A DNA stretch of 64,000 nt. Origin: Laetmonice hystrix. Taxonomy: Eukaryota. The translations under genes and the position numbers were made by a program. Location of the stretch: the NCBI GenBank assembly GCA_965235115.1, contig OZ249436.1:61690001-61754000 (forward strand), written 5' to 3'. Positions 28,880 through 42,242 of the stretch are shown piece after piece (position 1 is the first letter of the stretch; the number at the start of each line of letters is the position of its first letter). The notes under the pieces are model-generated. The model was not told where the DNA came from, ran no database searches, and worked only from the letters and a program-made list of their open reading frames with translations.

Positions 28880-30432
28880 GGAAGGATTACTGGGTCCTGT
28901 CATGAAAAGCTAAATGGTGCATTCTGGGGTGCCGAGTATTGTCTGATGCAAAAAGGTGCACTGACTAAGAAAGCTAGAAAACCTAGAGAATCTGCCTTAT
29001 GTTTTTGCCAGCCAGTATTAAATGGTATTTCTATTACGGTACGGACTATAGCAGTTAGATCCACATTTAAATTTTACTATAGGTCTAACATAGTGTTTCA
29101 CGGCACGTGATACCGGTATTAATTATTTGTCGTAGTATACCTACTCTATATTCCTTGTTTGTTTCAGTAAGTTACGCAAAGGTATGCTTCTTTGTCAGAT
29201 CAGTGGCTCATTTCGTGAAAGAAAAATGTGTATGCTTAGTGATGACAGTAAAGACACCACAATGCCTTTATTTGTATTAGTATAAAAAATTAATGAACTT
29301 TAATGATTAGAAAACGGAAGAAATCGCCATATCACAGAAATGAAGTGGGCAGTTGTGCAAGGCTGGCTGGCAATTCGCCTCTGCTGCAAACATCTGTTAA
29401 TGACAGGCTTCTTGGCAGTGTACCTATAGTAGGCATAGGCCTACCCCCCTCCCGACATGTACTCCTATTTATTTTGTAGGCCTATAAAATAACTATTGCA
29501 AAGAATTGGACAACTAGACCAATTTTCGGCCTAAGCATCGGGTATAGAAACCTTAACAAAAACAAGTGCTGAGGTTATAATGTTAATTTGAATGTGAGCG
29601 AGATGAAAGTGATTAGGCCTATTAATTTATCTTCACAATTCATGCCTTCCTCGGATGTGATCTAGTGGCGGGCGATGTAAGTCTTGAGTTTTGGGGGTGG
29701 GGTGTGCTTTCATTGCTTGCAATAATAAAAATTCTAATACATTTAAGAATGAATTTGGTGTTGTAGTCCTGGTGCTGGGGGGGGGGGGTGAGTTGGAAAA
29801 ACATTACATGAAAAATTAGGGGTTTCGAAAATAACAAGATGGTTCACCACGGCCTCAACAGTGAACTTCGCTGGTAGTGTGGGTCATGCACTACAATAGA
29901 GTAGGCTATACTGAACGATGCCACGATTGTCCTTTTCACACACTCTGCCTATGACCACATATATATCCTGCAATAATATTAACATTAACATTCACTTTGG
30001 AGAATATGACCAATTATTATTTAGGGGGGAACTTACTTTTGTTGAGGTGTAATATATGCCAAAACCTTAAGAAAATGTTTGGGTAACACTTCCAGACAAG
30101 TACGTTATCTCTGCAGAGCCCAGGTAAGATTTTGCGTTTATAATTAGTTACAATGGGCTGAAATGATGGTAGCCTATTCGAGTTTCATAGAATAGGGCCT
30201 ACGTCCATATTTGACGCCCATAAATTATTTATTTTGATTTAATTCAATTGGTTGGATATTCTTAACAACTTATTAACAATGAATCGTACTAGTTAATAAG
30301 TTATAGTCAGTATACATCAACAATCAAATGGTAAATCATTTATGGGTGTCAAATAAGGATCCATCCGATCCATGAAACTCGAATATCGTCATTTCAGCCT
30401 ATCACTCTCCCTCTACTCTAGGTCTATGCCTA

Positions 30433-31101
30433 CACGTAGTCGGCGCCGTAATCCCACATAACATGAACGTGGAATTACGGGATGTGAGTACGGGAGGTGA
30501 GGGGGCAATACGTGAGGGTTTTCAACTTTTCAAAATTTCACGCATAGAGTCTACGTGAGGCATTACGTAGCCATTTACGTAGGATTACGTAGCATTACAT
30601 GAGAATACGTGACATTACGTAGTAGGCCTATTACCTGGCAGTGCACCGTAGTCTGACATTTAAGTAGCTCTCACACTTGCACGTAGTCAGCGTGACAGTT
30701 ATTAGGGGTTAGTACGTAGTACTACGTAATCGCATGTAATACTACGTAATCTCACGTAACGCGACGTAGATATCTTGAGATTTGAGGTGAGATATTTTGT
30801 AGCGTGTTTTTTTGTGGGTAATAAAAGATGGAGGGCATGGATCTGGGGGATATGGTAGTGTGTGGGGCCGTAGCGGCTGCTGTGGTCATCAACAGGAGTC
30901 TACGTAATCTCACATAATGCTACGTACTATGGCTACGTAATCCAGAAAATTTTGAACATGTTGAAAACCTCGCGTATTCTCACGTATTGCCCCTCGCCTC
31001 CCCGTACTCTCACGTAATGGTCACGTAATGCTCAAGTACTCACCTCCCGTAATTCCACGTAGCCTATTAATGTTACGTGAGATTACGGTGCCGACTCCGT
31101 G
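30433..31101. mobile_element. ACGT-rich foldback/MITE with long imperfect TIRs
   Basis: The left arm cacgtagtcggcgccgtaatcccacataacat...gtggaattacggga mirrors the right arm tcccgtaattccacgt...atgttacgtgagattacggtgccgactccgtg. Many tacgt/acgta repeats. No TSD seen. Confidence 0.8.
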
Positions 31102-31122
31102 CAAGTGTAGCCTGTATAGGCC

Positions 31123-32031
31123 TACTCTCACGTAAAGTTAGTGCAATATATCTCACGTACCCTCACACACTCTCACGTAAGGTTAGTGCAATCTCACGTA
31201 CCCTCAAATACTCTAACGTAAAGTTAGTGCAATCTCACGTACCCTCAAATACTCTAACGTAAAGTTAGTGCAATCTCACGTACCCTCACATACTCTCACG
31301 TAAAGTTAGTGCAATCTCACGTACCCTCACATACTCACGTAAAGTTAGTGCAATCTCACGTACCCTCACATACTCTCACGTAAAGTTAGTGCAATCTAAA
31401 GTTAGTGCAATATATCTCACGTACCCTCACATACTCTCACGTAAAGTTAGTGCAATATATCTCACGTACCCTCACATACTCTCACGTAAAGTTAGTGCAA
31501 TCTCACGTACCCTCACACACTCTCACGTAAAGTTCGTGCAATCTTACGTACCCTCAAATACTCTCACGTAAAGTTAGTGCAATCTCACGTACCCTCACAT
31601 ACTCTCACGTAAAGTTAGTGCAATATATCTCACGTACCCTCACATACTCTCACGTAAAGTTAGTGCAATCTCACGTACCCTCACATACTCTCACGTAAAG
31701 TTAGTGCAATATATCTCACGTACCCTCACATACTCTCACGTAAAGTTAGTGCAATCTCACGTACCCTCACACACTCTCACGTAAAGTTCGTGCAATCTCA
31801 CGTACCCTCAAATACTCTCACGTAAAGTTAGTGCAATCTCACGTACCCTCACATACTCTCACGTAAAGTTAGTGCAATATATCTCACGTACCCTCACATA
31901 CTCTCACGTAAAGTTCGTGCAATCTCACGTACCCTCAAATACTCTCACGTAAAGTTAGTGCAATCGCACGTACCCTCACATACTCTCACGTAAAGTTAGT
32001 GCAATCTCACGTACCCTCACATACTCTCACG
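31123..32031. repeat. 41/45-bp tandem minisatellite, ~21 copies
   Basis: Unit tactctcacgtaaagttagtgcaat(atat)ctcacgtaccctcaca, with recurring variants (gttcgt, caaata, cacac). Confidence 0.97.
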
Positions 32032-32055
32032 CGAATGAAATAAAATGACGCTATA

Positions 32056-33599
32056 TCGGGTGTGCCAAAAATTTTGGAACACTCTTTTCTTGACTGTAAC
32101 TTCTATAATTTTGTTTACTCCAATGTGAACATGATATCATCTGGTTATTTGGGGTCTGTGGTATAAATTTCAGATAAATGGGCCCAAACGTCTAAAAATA
32201 AGGCCATTTCTAAAAATTCGTGTCAAAAATTGCAATGACGGACCAGGGTTAACGTCCGGTTTTTAGTTAGTCAAGACTGGGATGACTGACTTGTGTTATG
32301 GTCTCTCATTGGCTGACTTCATACCCAGTTTTGTTGGTATGTGTCCCAATTAAGGCAGGGTTGTTGTCACTATCTACAGATGTGTAGTGAGAATGTATGA
32401 AATGCCCCCTGCCAAAACGGCTCAAGTCAGTGAACTGCCCTGACGTCACGCGTAAGAATCCCACGGCCGTATCACTCCCACACCATAGCGTTACGAAAAC
32501 GGAAGTCTTTCCACCGGACTATTCGGCAGCCTACTGACTTGTGCCGCCAAAACTTCTATTGGGATTCCCTCGGCCATATTCGAATGACGTCATAATGCCC
32601 GAGGGAATCCCGAATGTCCTAACTGTCGGCCAATCCCAATTACACCATTTGGGATTCCCTGTCTGAAAATAGATAGGGCCTAGGCCTAAAGGTCGCAAAC
32701 AAAAATTCGGCGAGAATGAACTGAAGGAGAAAATTCGGGAAAGGTGGGAGGGAATTTCAATTAGGGCCTACTCTAGGCCCCTAGGCCTAAAAGAAGTAGG
32801 CCTATAGGCCTACCTACATTCAAAAAGAGACTAAGGGCTGTGTGTGAACAGTGAACACTGAGGATGGGGGTTACATCGATCACCGTTTCCAAAACCCTTC
32901 CTTTTTAACTGAAATAGGCGGGTGACACTTACAGTGTGATGGTTCTCCGCAGTCTCCGGCATTGCATTTTTCGACGTGTGATGTTTGATTTGTTTCCACA
33001 TAGGCCTAAAGAGTTTTTGGCCTATCTGCCTAAAATTTTCACCACAAAATGCTATTAGGCCTATAGGCCTAACCATCTAAGGCCCTAGGCCTAACATAGG
33101 CCTCGGTATGATGTCCTAAATATCAGTGACAAAGTATGAAAATTGTAGAAGCTATAGGCTAGCAGGCTATAGTCAAATAAAGAGTGTTCCAGACACAGCG
33201 GGACCAACTCTGCTGAGGGCGCAATTTTTGACATGCAGTTTTAAAGGTGCTATTCGTCTCGCACAGAATGGCATTTCTCCTATCATACATTGTGCACATA
33301 GTACTAGAAAAAATTCCTACTGATACCATTGACCTGATAAACCTTCTATTAGTTTGTGTGCAGCATTTGAAACCTATCTCGGTGCGCACCGAGATAGAGC
33401 CATTTCCTATGGTGGGGTGTGTCAGGGTCTCCACAGGCCTTCTGAGAGAGCCCCATTTGTGCCGTTATCCATGAAAAATTTTGATTTCCTTTGTTGTGAA
33501 TCTATTTCCATGATAGGTGGGATCACATAAACGTCAACAAAATTAAAAATAAAAATATTGAACTTTTTTTCACGAATAGCACCTTTAAAAATGAACCTA

Positions 33600-33637
<38 letters not shown>

Positions 33638-33792
33638 CATTTTGACATATTTATCTAAAATTTGTACCACATGCCCCAATTAGGCTAACCAGATGATAGG
33701 GATTCTGTTCCAAATATTATGACATTGATTGGGGTAAAAATTATAGAAGTTACAGTCAAGAAAAGAGTGTTCCAAAAAATTTAGGCCCATCC
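32056..33792. mobile_element. Non-autonomous Tc1/mariner-like element, ~1.7 kb, degraded outer termini
   Basis: ggaacactcttttcttgactgtaacttctataatttt (32076-32112) is exactly inverted at 33737-33773, with weaker inverted similarity further in. The left end ta|tcgggtgtgccaaaaa resembles the mariner-type CAGGGTGTCCCAAAA terminus. Confidence 0.75.
33245..33584. mobile_element. TTAA-TSD MITE (Kolobok-like), 340 bp, nested in the element above
   Basis: ttaa|aggtgctattcgt ... acgaatagcacct|ttaa. Confidence 0.85.
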
Positions 33793-35715
33793 TAGGCCTA
33801 CTACCGACGCTACACTAGATCTATGGGGCCCTATAGGCCCTGATCGGGCCCCTAGACGCGTTTAACCCCGTTTTTGCAAGGTCGGCGAGGTTTTTATTGA
33901 AACACTCGCTCTCCCTCCATCCAGACTGCACTAGTCCAAAAGATATCTTTGGCAAAGATATCTTTTGATATTGAAACGCACCCCCTCGCGTGGACCAGCG
34001 CCATAACCACACAAAGGGGGCGCTGTGTAGGATTTTTTTGGCTGGCGCCACCTAGTGTTATGAAAGACAGAGGCGCACATGAGCTATAAAGGTGTGTCAC
34101 GCAAGAAAGGGTCGTTTGAAACGTTTGGGAAAAACATATATTTCTATTTCGCTGCACGTGGCGTTGTTCTTTACTCTACAGAAAATCCGAAGGCATCATC
34201 GGGTTCGTGGGAAAATGCCCTACTCTGGCATATTAAATTTGTAAACATAACCCAGATATTTTATGAAACGGCGATGTTGTGAAGATAAAAAATCGACCAT
34301 AACGTTTGCCGAAACATTACACATGCCCTAAGACACCCACTGCATGTACAAAACTCATATAAATTCCTTCAAAATATTTACAAAAATCAGATGTCAATTT
34401 CAATCAGCTTTCCAATGATATAAATTTGAACAGGATCCGTTGGGAAACAAGGTCAAGAGGCGCCAATTTCCGATTTTCCGAAAATGCGCTTTTTTTAGGT
34501 AAAACGCGGCGAAGAAAACCCTATCCTTGACAATCGTGCATGCGCTGGCGTGTATTCTTACCAAAAACGTCATATTACCTTTCAAGGAAGACAAATCCAT
34601 GTGTAATTTGAGTTTACAAAGATGAAAATCCTTGTCTCAATGTTCTGGAAACTTTAGCATAGACCTTGACCTCTCACCCGACCCAGTTTACTCATCTTCT
34701 TATTGGTTTAGAGATCAAACAATCGGGACGTAGTGTCTATGACGTAGCCATTTTGAAACTTTTCCCGACCAGTAGGCGCGTCATCGAGCTAAAGACTCTG
34801 TGTTTGTTCTGCTGCACAAGAGTCTGCAGAGTCTGATTGCTTGTAACAGTAGGGCACAAAATATCAAGAATGTTTTCAGGGAGGCAAAAATAACTTTCTT
34901 ATCTAATGTCTCCTTTTTAAATCGTCGCAAAACCCTACGGAAGGGACCCCAGTCATCGAGTCGACACAGATCTTTGTCACGCAAGTTGATGAGCCAAATC
35001 ATCATGGCAGCCAGTACATCATGATGGATTCTTCACAGTTTTTCGACGGAAGTTTAGTGTATATATCTAGATATTGACAAACACTCCTGGATGCTCAAAA
35101 TAACAGCAAAATATGATCTCTGCAAAAGTCTGTGTTCGAGGTAGGCCTATTTGGGGAGTTGGAGAAGTAACTATAGCCTAGATATAATCATGCGTGACAT
35201 CGACCACGATCTGAATCTGCCGCCGACATCGCTGAATGCTGATATAAAACTTTCAATTTACTTTGCCGCTTGTGGATTCACCAGCACTGGCGCACCGGTA
35301 CGCTGGTGCATGGCATGGATCCTTAAGTTATAATTAGATTTCATTGACATTCATCATCATACTTTTAAAAGACAAGGCACCATATTGAAAAAAACAAAGC
35401 CCAACCCGTCCGAAATCCAGGGACACCGCCGGGACGATGACCGACTCGCCCGACACCATTCTCACGGGGAGGTGCCAGGGCAGAGGAAGCGCCGGGACTC
35501 TGGGCCGACCAACCCGCCCGCCTGCATGTCATGGATGGCGGTAACGAACTCTGGCTGAAGCGAGGAAGGGGGGGGGGGGGGGGGGTCCTGTAGTAGTATA
35601 ATAGATTCCTAGATTTCTGTTTCTAGAGATCTAATCTAGACTAAGAGAACCGTAGGCCTACTACAAAATTTAGAAATAGACTCTGTAGATCTACTTAGTA
35701 ATAGATCTAGATCTA

Positions 35716-36505
35716 CAGAGTGAGTAAAAAAAAAAACTAGACACTTTTTAAAAGGATCATTGTTTTATTGTGTACCAATATATTTTTGATTGTACTTATG
35801 CAGCAACTCTTCCTGCATCTTTTGGTACCAGTCATGCTTGTTTGGTTTTCATGCGTGACCGCACAGGAGACAATTAAAGGACAAGGGTGAAATCTGACCT
35901 GCACCAACTGATCAGAGCTGGATATGAAATGGATAGCCAAGTAATTTTCTTGACACCCTGGTTTAATCAGTTAATTCAAATAACACACTTGCACATGGGC
36001 CTCATTAGGCCTTCTTGGCACTGCAGCAGTATAATGGTGCGTCCACAATTCACTCACAAAAGAGCCTTCGTTGTGACTGAATATCACCGGACACAAGGTG
36101 TCACAGAGGTGTTTCCAAATGTAAGATGCCCCTGTCGTCAAACAGTGTATGCAAACATTCAGAAGTACCAGTGCCAGGTTGAGGATTAAGCCGCAGTGAC
36201 AGTGACAGCCGCAGTGAAATGGAAATGACATAAATGTTTTAGTCAATGTTATGTTTTACAGAGGATAGGGCAGGGCTATCTGTTGTGATTTTTGTTTATA
36301 TCCAGCTCAGTCAGTTGGCTCAGGTCAGATTCCACCCTTTAATTGTCTCCTGTGCAGTCATGCATGAAAACCAATCAAGCATGACTGGTACCAAAAGATG
36401 CAGGAAGAGTTGCTGCATAAGTATAAGCAAAAATATAGTTATATATTGGTACACAGTAAAACAATGGGCCTTTTAAAAAGTGTCTAGTTTTTTTTACTCA
36501 CTCTG
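35716..36505 (+). mobile_element. Mariner-family internal-deletion derivative, 790 bp, TA TSD, ~195-bp TIRs, with a transposase HTH remnant
   Basis: ta|cagagtgagtaaaaaaa ... ttttttactcactctg|ta. Internal 36034-36171 reads MVRPQFTHKRAFVVTEYHRTQGVTEVFPNVRCPCRQTVYANIQKYQ, resembling the N-terminal HTH (DUF4817-type) of mariner-like transposases. Confidence 0.88.
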
Positions 36506-37241
36506 TAGACTAAATTATAAAAGATCTATATATAGCCTAGGTTTTCCTAAGTCTCTGGTTGTGTTACTACTGTTCTATATTATAAGTTTTAGTATAATGT
36601 ATAGATCCTAGACCTAGTCTACAGATAGCACACTTGGAATAGGGGCCTATAGGGTATGTCACTGACAGTAGATCTATAAATATAATACATAGTGACAGGA
36701 CTGAGACTTTGAGAGTGAGACAGAGAAGTCGACAGGAGGCACCCCCAAAAATATTTCGGGAGCCTCCCCCCGACTAATAACCATTATTAGAGTAATTTCT
36801 ACACATAGCATAGGCATAGCTGAGCCAGAACAGAAATACTTGTATTAATTGTTAATATTACTATTAGTGAGTCTATAATAGTCAGGGGCGGATCCGGGGG
36901 GGGGGGGTTCCAATATGTTTATTGTTATGACCTAATGTCATGACATGAAGTCAGAATAATGTTCATGCGTGGGGGGTGGGGAGAAGATATTTGAAGAAGG
37001 TAAAAAACCTCTGCTATTTCCTAGCATCTGGTCTGAAGACAGCAATTGTGAAGTTTCTCAAAGCAGTCAGGCTTTAAGTTTTAGTCTACCAATAACATGC
37101 GTGGGCCAGGAGGGGGGGTCCTCCCCCGAAAATGTTTGAATTTAGAAGGCAAAGAAACGCAATTTCCCAGCATCTGGAGATATAAATTGTGAAGTTTCTC
37201 AAAGCATTATTAGGCCTAGCCCACCAATAACATGGGCTGGA

Positions 37242-37537
37242 GGGGGGGGGGGTCTGGGGGCGTCCCCCAAAAATTTTTAGAAGCCAAAAAACCCCGCTAT
37301 TTCCTGACCATAAAAAGAGAGGTCCAGACCCCCTGTCCCACCCACCCCGATCTGCCTCTGTTACTGATAGCAATACATCTATCGAATCGGGGGGGGGGGT
37401 CTGGGGGCGTCCCCCAAAAGTTTTTAGAAGCCAAAAAAAACCGCTATTTCCTGACCAAAAAAAAGAGAGGTCCAGACCCCCTGTCCCCCCCCCCCCCGAT
37501 CTGCCTCTGTTACTGATAGCAATACATCTATCGAATC
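37242..37537. repeat. ~147-bp tandem duplication inside a G/C-run MITE
   Basis: The block ggtctgggggcgtcccccaaaa...gatctgcctctgttactgatagcaatacatctatcgaatc occurs at 37242-37388 and 37389-37537. Confidence 0.9.
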
Positions 37538-37626
37538 GAATTATTAATAGATTAAATTGTGACCGGAGACAGTCCTTGAATTTGTCAAAATATGTAGTTA
37601 GGGAAGTCAGTACATTTGTTAGCTGT

Positions 37627-37843
37627 CAGGGCATCCGCCAGAGGGGGGGACGGGGGGGATTTATCCCCCCCATGATTGGGACATGAGGGGGATATCCCCC
37701 CCATAAATCTGCAGAGCAGTGTTTTTTTTAAGCTATTCTCGCTCTGAGAGGCCAGGAAAACGCATCTCTGGAGTTCATGAAAAAAAATTTCTGGGGGAGG
37801 GCCCCCCGTCCCCCCCATAAATTATTTTCTGGCGGAAACCCTG
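37627..37843. mobile_element. CAGGG-terminus MITE with 5-bp TSD (hAT5-like)
   Basis: gctgt|cagggcatccgccaga ... tctggcggaaaccctg|gctgt. Confidence 0.8.
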
Positions 37844-40801
37844 GCTGTCATTGTAATAGTACATGTACTATCTTTGTGTGAGTTTTCAGTCTCATGCTTG
37901 AATATACAGATCAACACGACAACAGTTCAAGTATTATTAATGGTGATGTTTTCCGTACAAGGATGAACCATTCCTTCTTCTTGAATGTGTCGTTGTAAAT
38001 TCCATGATTTCTGTGAGATTTCTCAAGTACGGTATTCCTCCCATTTATTTTACTGTGCAAAAATCCAATACACTCAACTTGTCTACTCTTCCCAGGGTTT
38101 CCTGACCCATTCAAACCCAATTAGCTCAGCGGAAGTTGTGCCAGAGCATAAAAACTGAAAAGGGGATTCACCCTGCCGTATATATAGGCAGGGCGGGGGT
38201 CCAGAAAATCTTTATTCAAGAAATTAACATAAATAACACAGGCACCTTTTTTAAAATTGGCGAAAAGGAACCGTTATGGGGACATGGTGTACATGTCATG
38301 TGGAAAGTCAATTCATGTACATTGGTATGCCATTCATTCAAGAATGTGAAACAAAAAAATTGCTGGAATCTGGCAAATAGGCCATGCCATAGTAACGCTG
38401 CATGACAGAGCTAAGTTATTTGATTATTATTTCAAAAGGGGTTGAAAATTGTAAGTTGTCTAGGAAATATTCTGCTTGGTTTCAGTTTAAAAAGAGATTA
38501 TGCCAACAATACCGCCAAAAGGCAGTGGTAGAAAAAGAATTTTTAAGTCTTTGTGTCAACACCTGAAAAAAAATGCTTACATTCTAAAGATGGATAAGGA
38601 GAAAGCAACACTGTTGCCACTTTGGTTTACACTTTTTTCAAACTGAAAGTATTAATTTTAAAGAGTAAAACTACTTTTTATACTTTTTTCATACATTTTT
38701 CATGTGTTTTTCATTTTTTTTATACTTTTTTCTGGAAAATCGGGTAATTGAACGACATTGATGATGCGACTCTACAGGTGTGGTTTGCTAGTCTCCGAAT
38801 AAGAGTGGTGCGCGTTATGTTGAGTCGGTTTTTTTTGCTGAGCAGCACATAGAATACACATTTTAGGCTCAACTTTTCTCAACAATTGTATACATGACTC
38901 CTGAAAGCTTGGTATTGAGAAGCCTAAAATGAGAACAAATTACAAACCAGGGTTAATTCATGTACATGTATCTTCATTTTACTACTTTTTTCGACAATAA
39001 TTGAATTTTGATACTTTGTTCTTGAAACTGAAAGATTCTATACATTTTTGTTTGTCAAACCCAGAGTGATGGCACTGAAGTCTGGCCCTGGGGTTCATAT
39101 GTACACAAAAGAGTATGAATGACAGTGAAAAAAAAGAAAAAGGTATCAGACAAAAAAAAGTATATTTAAAAAATAAAAATATTTTGGAGCAGTAAACCAC
39201 TTACATATTGGCACAAGAGCTGATTGGCGGATTCTCTCTACATATTCAGGGTTCTTGCTTGAACAAATTCTGGCAACCCATGGACGTACATGATTAAATC
39301 AGAACAGAGCAAATCCTGTCCATGGGAGGGCCTCAAAGAATGTAGGCTATTTAAACATTCATGGAGGGTATTCACTACACAATCCATAATAAATTTGAGT
39401 TCTGTCAAAACGCATATAAGTAGGCCTATTCAACCTAAATGAACATTTCAGCAAAATGCAGGAAAAGGTAATTACCTGTTTAAAATGTACAAACTGACAA
39501 CACAAATAGGATTTTCTATGACCTCTGAATGTCAGGGGAACTATGCATGATTCCTTAGGCTATGCCGAGGTTTCCAAATTCCCCTCACTGGCTTGACTTG
39601 AGGTCTCGTCAGCAGCCCCCAAGCAACCAACGCCCTCTTGTCAGGGCTCACACAGTAATTGGCCTACTAATAGTAGCAATAACCCTGACATTAACAGTGT
39701 AAGGAGAGCAATAAATTCTTTTCTGTGGGCACACGTTTCGTTCTGTAAAGTTCTGTAATTGTAAAGTTCTTGCTAACAGAAAGGTCTTGGCCAAGTCAAG
39801 ACTTGGGTATATTTTTTTAATATTTATTCTGTCAGGAAAACGAAGTGCCTTACTTTCAGGCTTTTTCCTTTCTTCCTTCGTTTTTAACAACTTGATAAGT
39901 TGTGGAATTTTGCTTACACTCCAAAGGGAACTTCAAAGCACAAAGTTATTGTTCTGTGGTTTCCCTGATTGACTACCCTGGTAATGTCCCGCCCTGAGAC
40001 TGAGACTTTGACTGGGCCAGTGGGGGAGTCACAGGCGCACTGCAGTCAACTACAGCTGTAGGCCTACGACGTTGTCCAGGCAGAGGTACGTGTCGCTGTG
40101 CCTGTGACTGTGTGAGGCTGTGTGTGGTGGTTGGGGGGGGGGGGGGGGGGCACTAAAGAAGGAATCAGTACAAAACTGTGCAAACATACACAGGCTTAGA
40201 TTTGCTTTCACTAGGTCTGTCAATTCTGTTTCATTCAGGCCATTTTTATGATCATTCCTCGTTGGAAGCCAGCAGCGCCCTCTTCTGACTCTTGAGTGAC
40301 CTGACTTGAGTCTGTCACTCTGTGTTGACGGTGATGTGCTTTTCACTGTTGACCTATACTATAGGCTTCATTCGCAATACCGCAGGTTAAATCAAATACT
40401 AGGGTAAAAAAACACTACTGTCTGATTATGTTAGACATCATAATGGCTTCATTTATTGCAGACTAGTGTAGGAATAGCTTATTAATAGCCGTTGCTCTAA
40501 GCATCATAGATCCGTCCCTGACAGCGGATGGGCGATAATAGGGGAAACGAGCGCTTCGAAAAGTAAATAAACGTAAAATTCGAGCTAAAATACGCCCACC
40601 AGAGAAAATGACTATATTATCGAGGTCGTTTTAAGTGTTAATATTGGTTCTGATAACTTATTTATAAATTTGAACAATTTTCAGCTTCATAGGGCAAATT
40701 ATTGAAACGACCCTTTCTTGGGTGACACACCTATAAACATGTCATAGGACACCATTCATACCTAGCTTCCGGTATGTGTTAGTGGAGTTTGGACAGAGGA
40801 C

Positions 40802-40957
40802 ATGCGGCGTTTTCTGAGCCGCATTGGCCTGACTAGAGTACAGATTGTGGTGGGCATTGTCGTTGGAGTACTATCGGGTGTTTACATCTGGAAGAAACCA
40901 CTCGAGGAGTATCACAGCGGAGAGCGGAGCCGTGCAGAGAGTGAGCAGACCGGGTGA
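40802..40957 (+). CDS. PIGBOS1: PIGBOS1-like mitochondrial outer-membrane microprotein, 51 aa (below the ORF-track cutoff)
   Basis: MRRFLSRIGLTRVQIVVGIVVGVLSGVYIWKKPLEEYHSGERSRAESEQTG*. Aligns by eye with human PIGBOS1 ([29 protein letters not shown]): LT..Q......G...GVYI...P.E.Y followed by a charged tail. ETS-like cttccgg just upstream; AATAAA at 41133. Confidence 0.85.
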   Translation: MRRFLSRIGLTRVQIVVGIVVGVLSGVYIWKKPLEEYHSGERSRAESEQTG

Positions 40958-42041
40958 GGGCTGGTGGTGGTGGATGACTGCAGCCGGCCACCTATCACAT
41001 CACACACAGTCACAGTCCAGACTCAAGCCGTCAAGGGCAAGGCAGCAAGCCAGCAGGCAACTAAGTAAGACCACGACGTCTTGTAGCATGACCTTGAGTC
41101 GCCCATGTACCTTGAGTCGTTCACCCACCCTAAATAAAAACCATCTGACCTCTGGTGGATAATTCAAGAACCACAAGAAAGAGTAAAAAATGGGCTTTCA
41201 GATGACAACTTGTAATGGGTTGGTCTCAACCAATGCAGTGTTAATGTGGGTGGGCGACTCAAGGTATGTGGGCGGGGCGAATCGTAGCAAAGAACGATGT
41301 TCTTTGACTATAGCGTTGTCCCTAGCGTTTATCTAGCAGTTTAAATTTTAATATAGTTAAAATCTTGTATCTTCATTCGGGTGAGAGACTCCATGTTCCC
41401 CATGGGTGTATATCGAAATTAACCGCGGGTCGAAAACGGCAGCGCGCAAGTAAGGGTTAGTCGCTGGCGGAGCCGCCTGCATGCTGTGCCTGCTGGTCGC
41501 AAGGTAATTACAGGCAGCCGATTTCAATGCGCAGCTTTCGACCATGACCATGTCCCAGTATGTCAGACTGCATGTCCCAAGTGTACATTTCATTCTCCAG
41601 TCGAGAATTCTCCTTATAAATAAAAGTTTTTAGCAATTGATCATTTCATTGGTCGCAGTGTATTGTGACAAATTCCTGTTAATTTAAGTGCCAGAGATTT
41701 TTGCTATGTTTTGCGATCGGGCAAATTGGCATGTCCGTTGACTTGACCACCTGACTCGGGGTGAGTGGGACATGGAGTCTGGGACATGTATGGCACGCAT
41801 GGGACATGGAGTCTGACACTCCTTCACTCAGAGAGATGTTGGCTAAAAAGTAAAAATGCGTTGGGGATGGAATTTCTAAAAATAAAATTGAATGATACAG
41901 CATTACAGGCCAAATGTTATTATTGCATCAATAAAAAAAAATGTTAACTTAATATTGAAATGTGTGTTCTCTTTGACCTTGCAGTAATCTGCCAAACTTC
42001 ATCCCATTGGGAAAAGTCGATTGAGTCAGTGCATCACTGTC

Positions 42042-42242
42042 ATGTCTACAACACGACTTAAACTTGCCTGGAAGCAGGGAGCAGCCATGCTGCTGGCAGG
42101 AATTGGTAGTGTGATGTTGTACTATGGCGCTGTGAGGCCACGTCTCAAGTCTCAACGCAGGCATAGGCTACAGAAGGAAGTCCAAGACCTTTTGGAGAGT
42201 AAAGAACAGAAAATCAAACTACAAGACACAGGACAAAAGTGA
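42042..42242 (+). CDS. Unknown single-pass membrane microprotein, 66 aa
   Basis: MSTTRLKLAWKQGAAMLLAGIGSVMLYYGAVRPRLKSQRRHRLQKEVQDLLESKEQKIKLQDTGQK*. Clean acceptor ttgcag| at 41984, candidate non-coding first exon ending caag|gtaatt near 41503, and AATAAA near 42341. One TM segment followed by a basic then coiled-coil-like tail. Confidence 0.75.
   Translation: MSTTRLKLAWKQGAAMLLAGIGSVMLYYGAVRPRLKSQRRHRLQKEVQDLLESKEQKIKLQDTGQK

Noticed and set aside
39800-40350. Minus-strand spliced unit divergent from PIGBOS1 (acceptor ~40346, donor ~40190, AATAAA ~39822)
   Set aside because: Its ATGs open only 4-6 codons and no family is recognisable (it is not PIGB). At most a lncRNA.
41357-41593. 78-aa minus-strand ORF
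   Set aside because: It overlaps the likely promoter and first exon of the 66-aa gene on the opposite strand, and has no splice or homology support.
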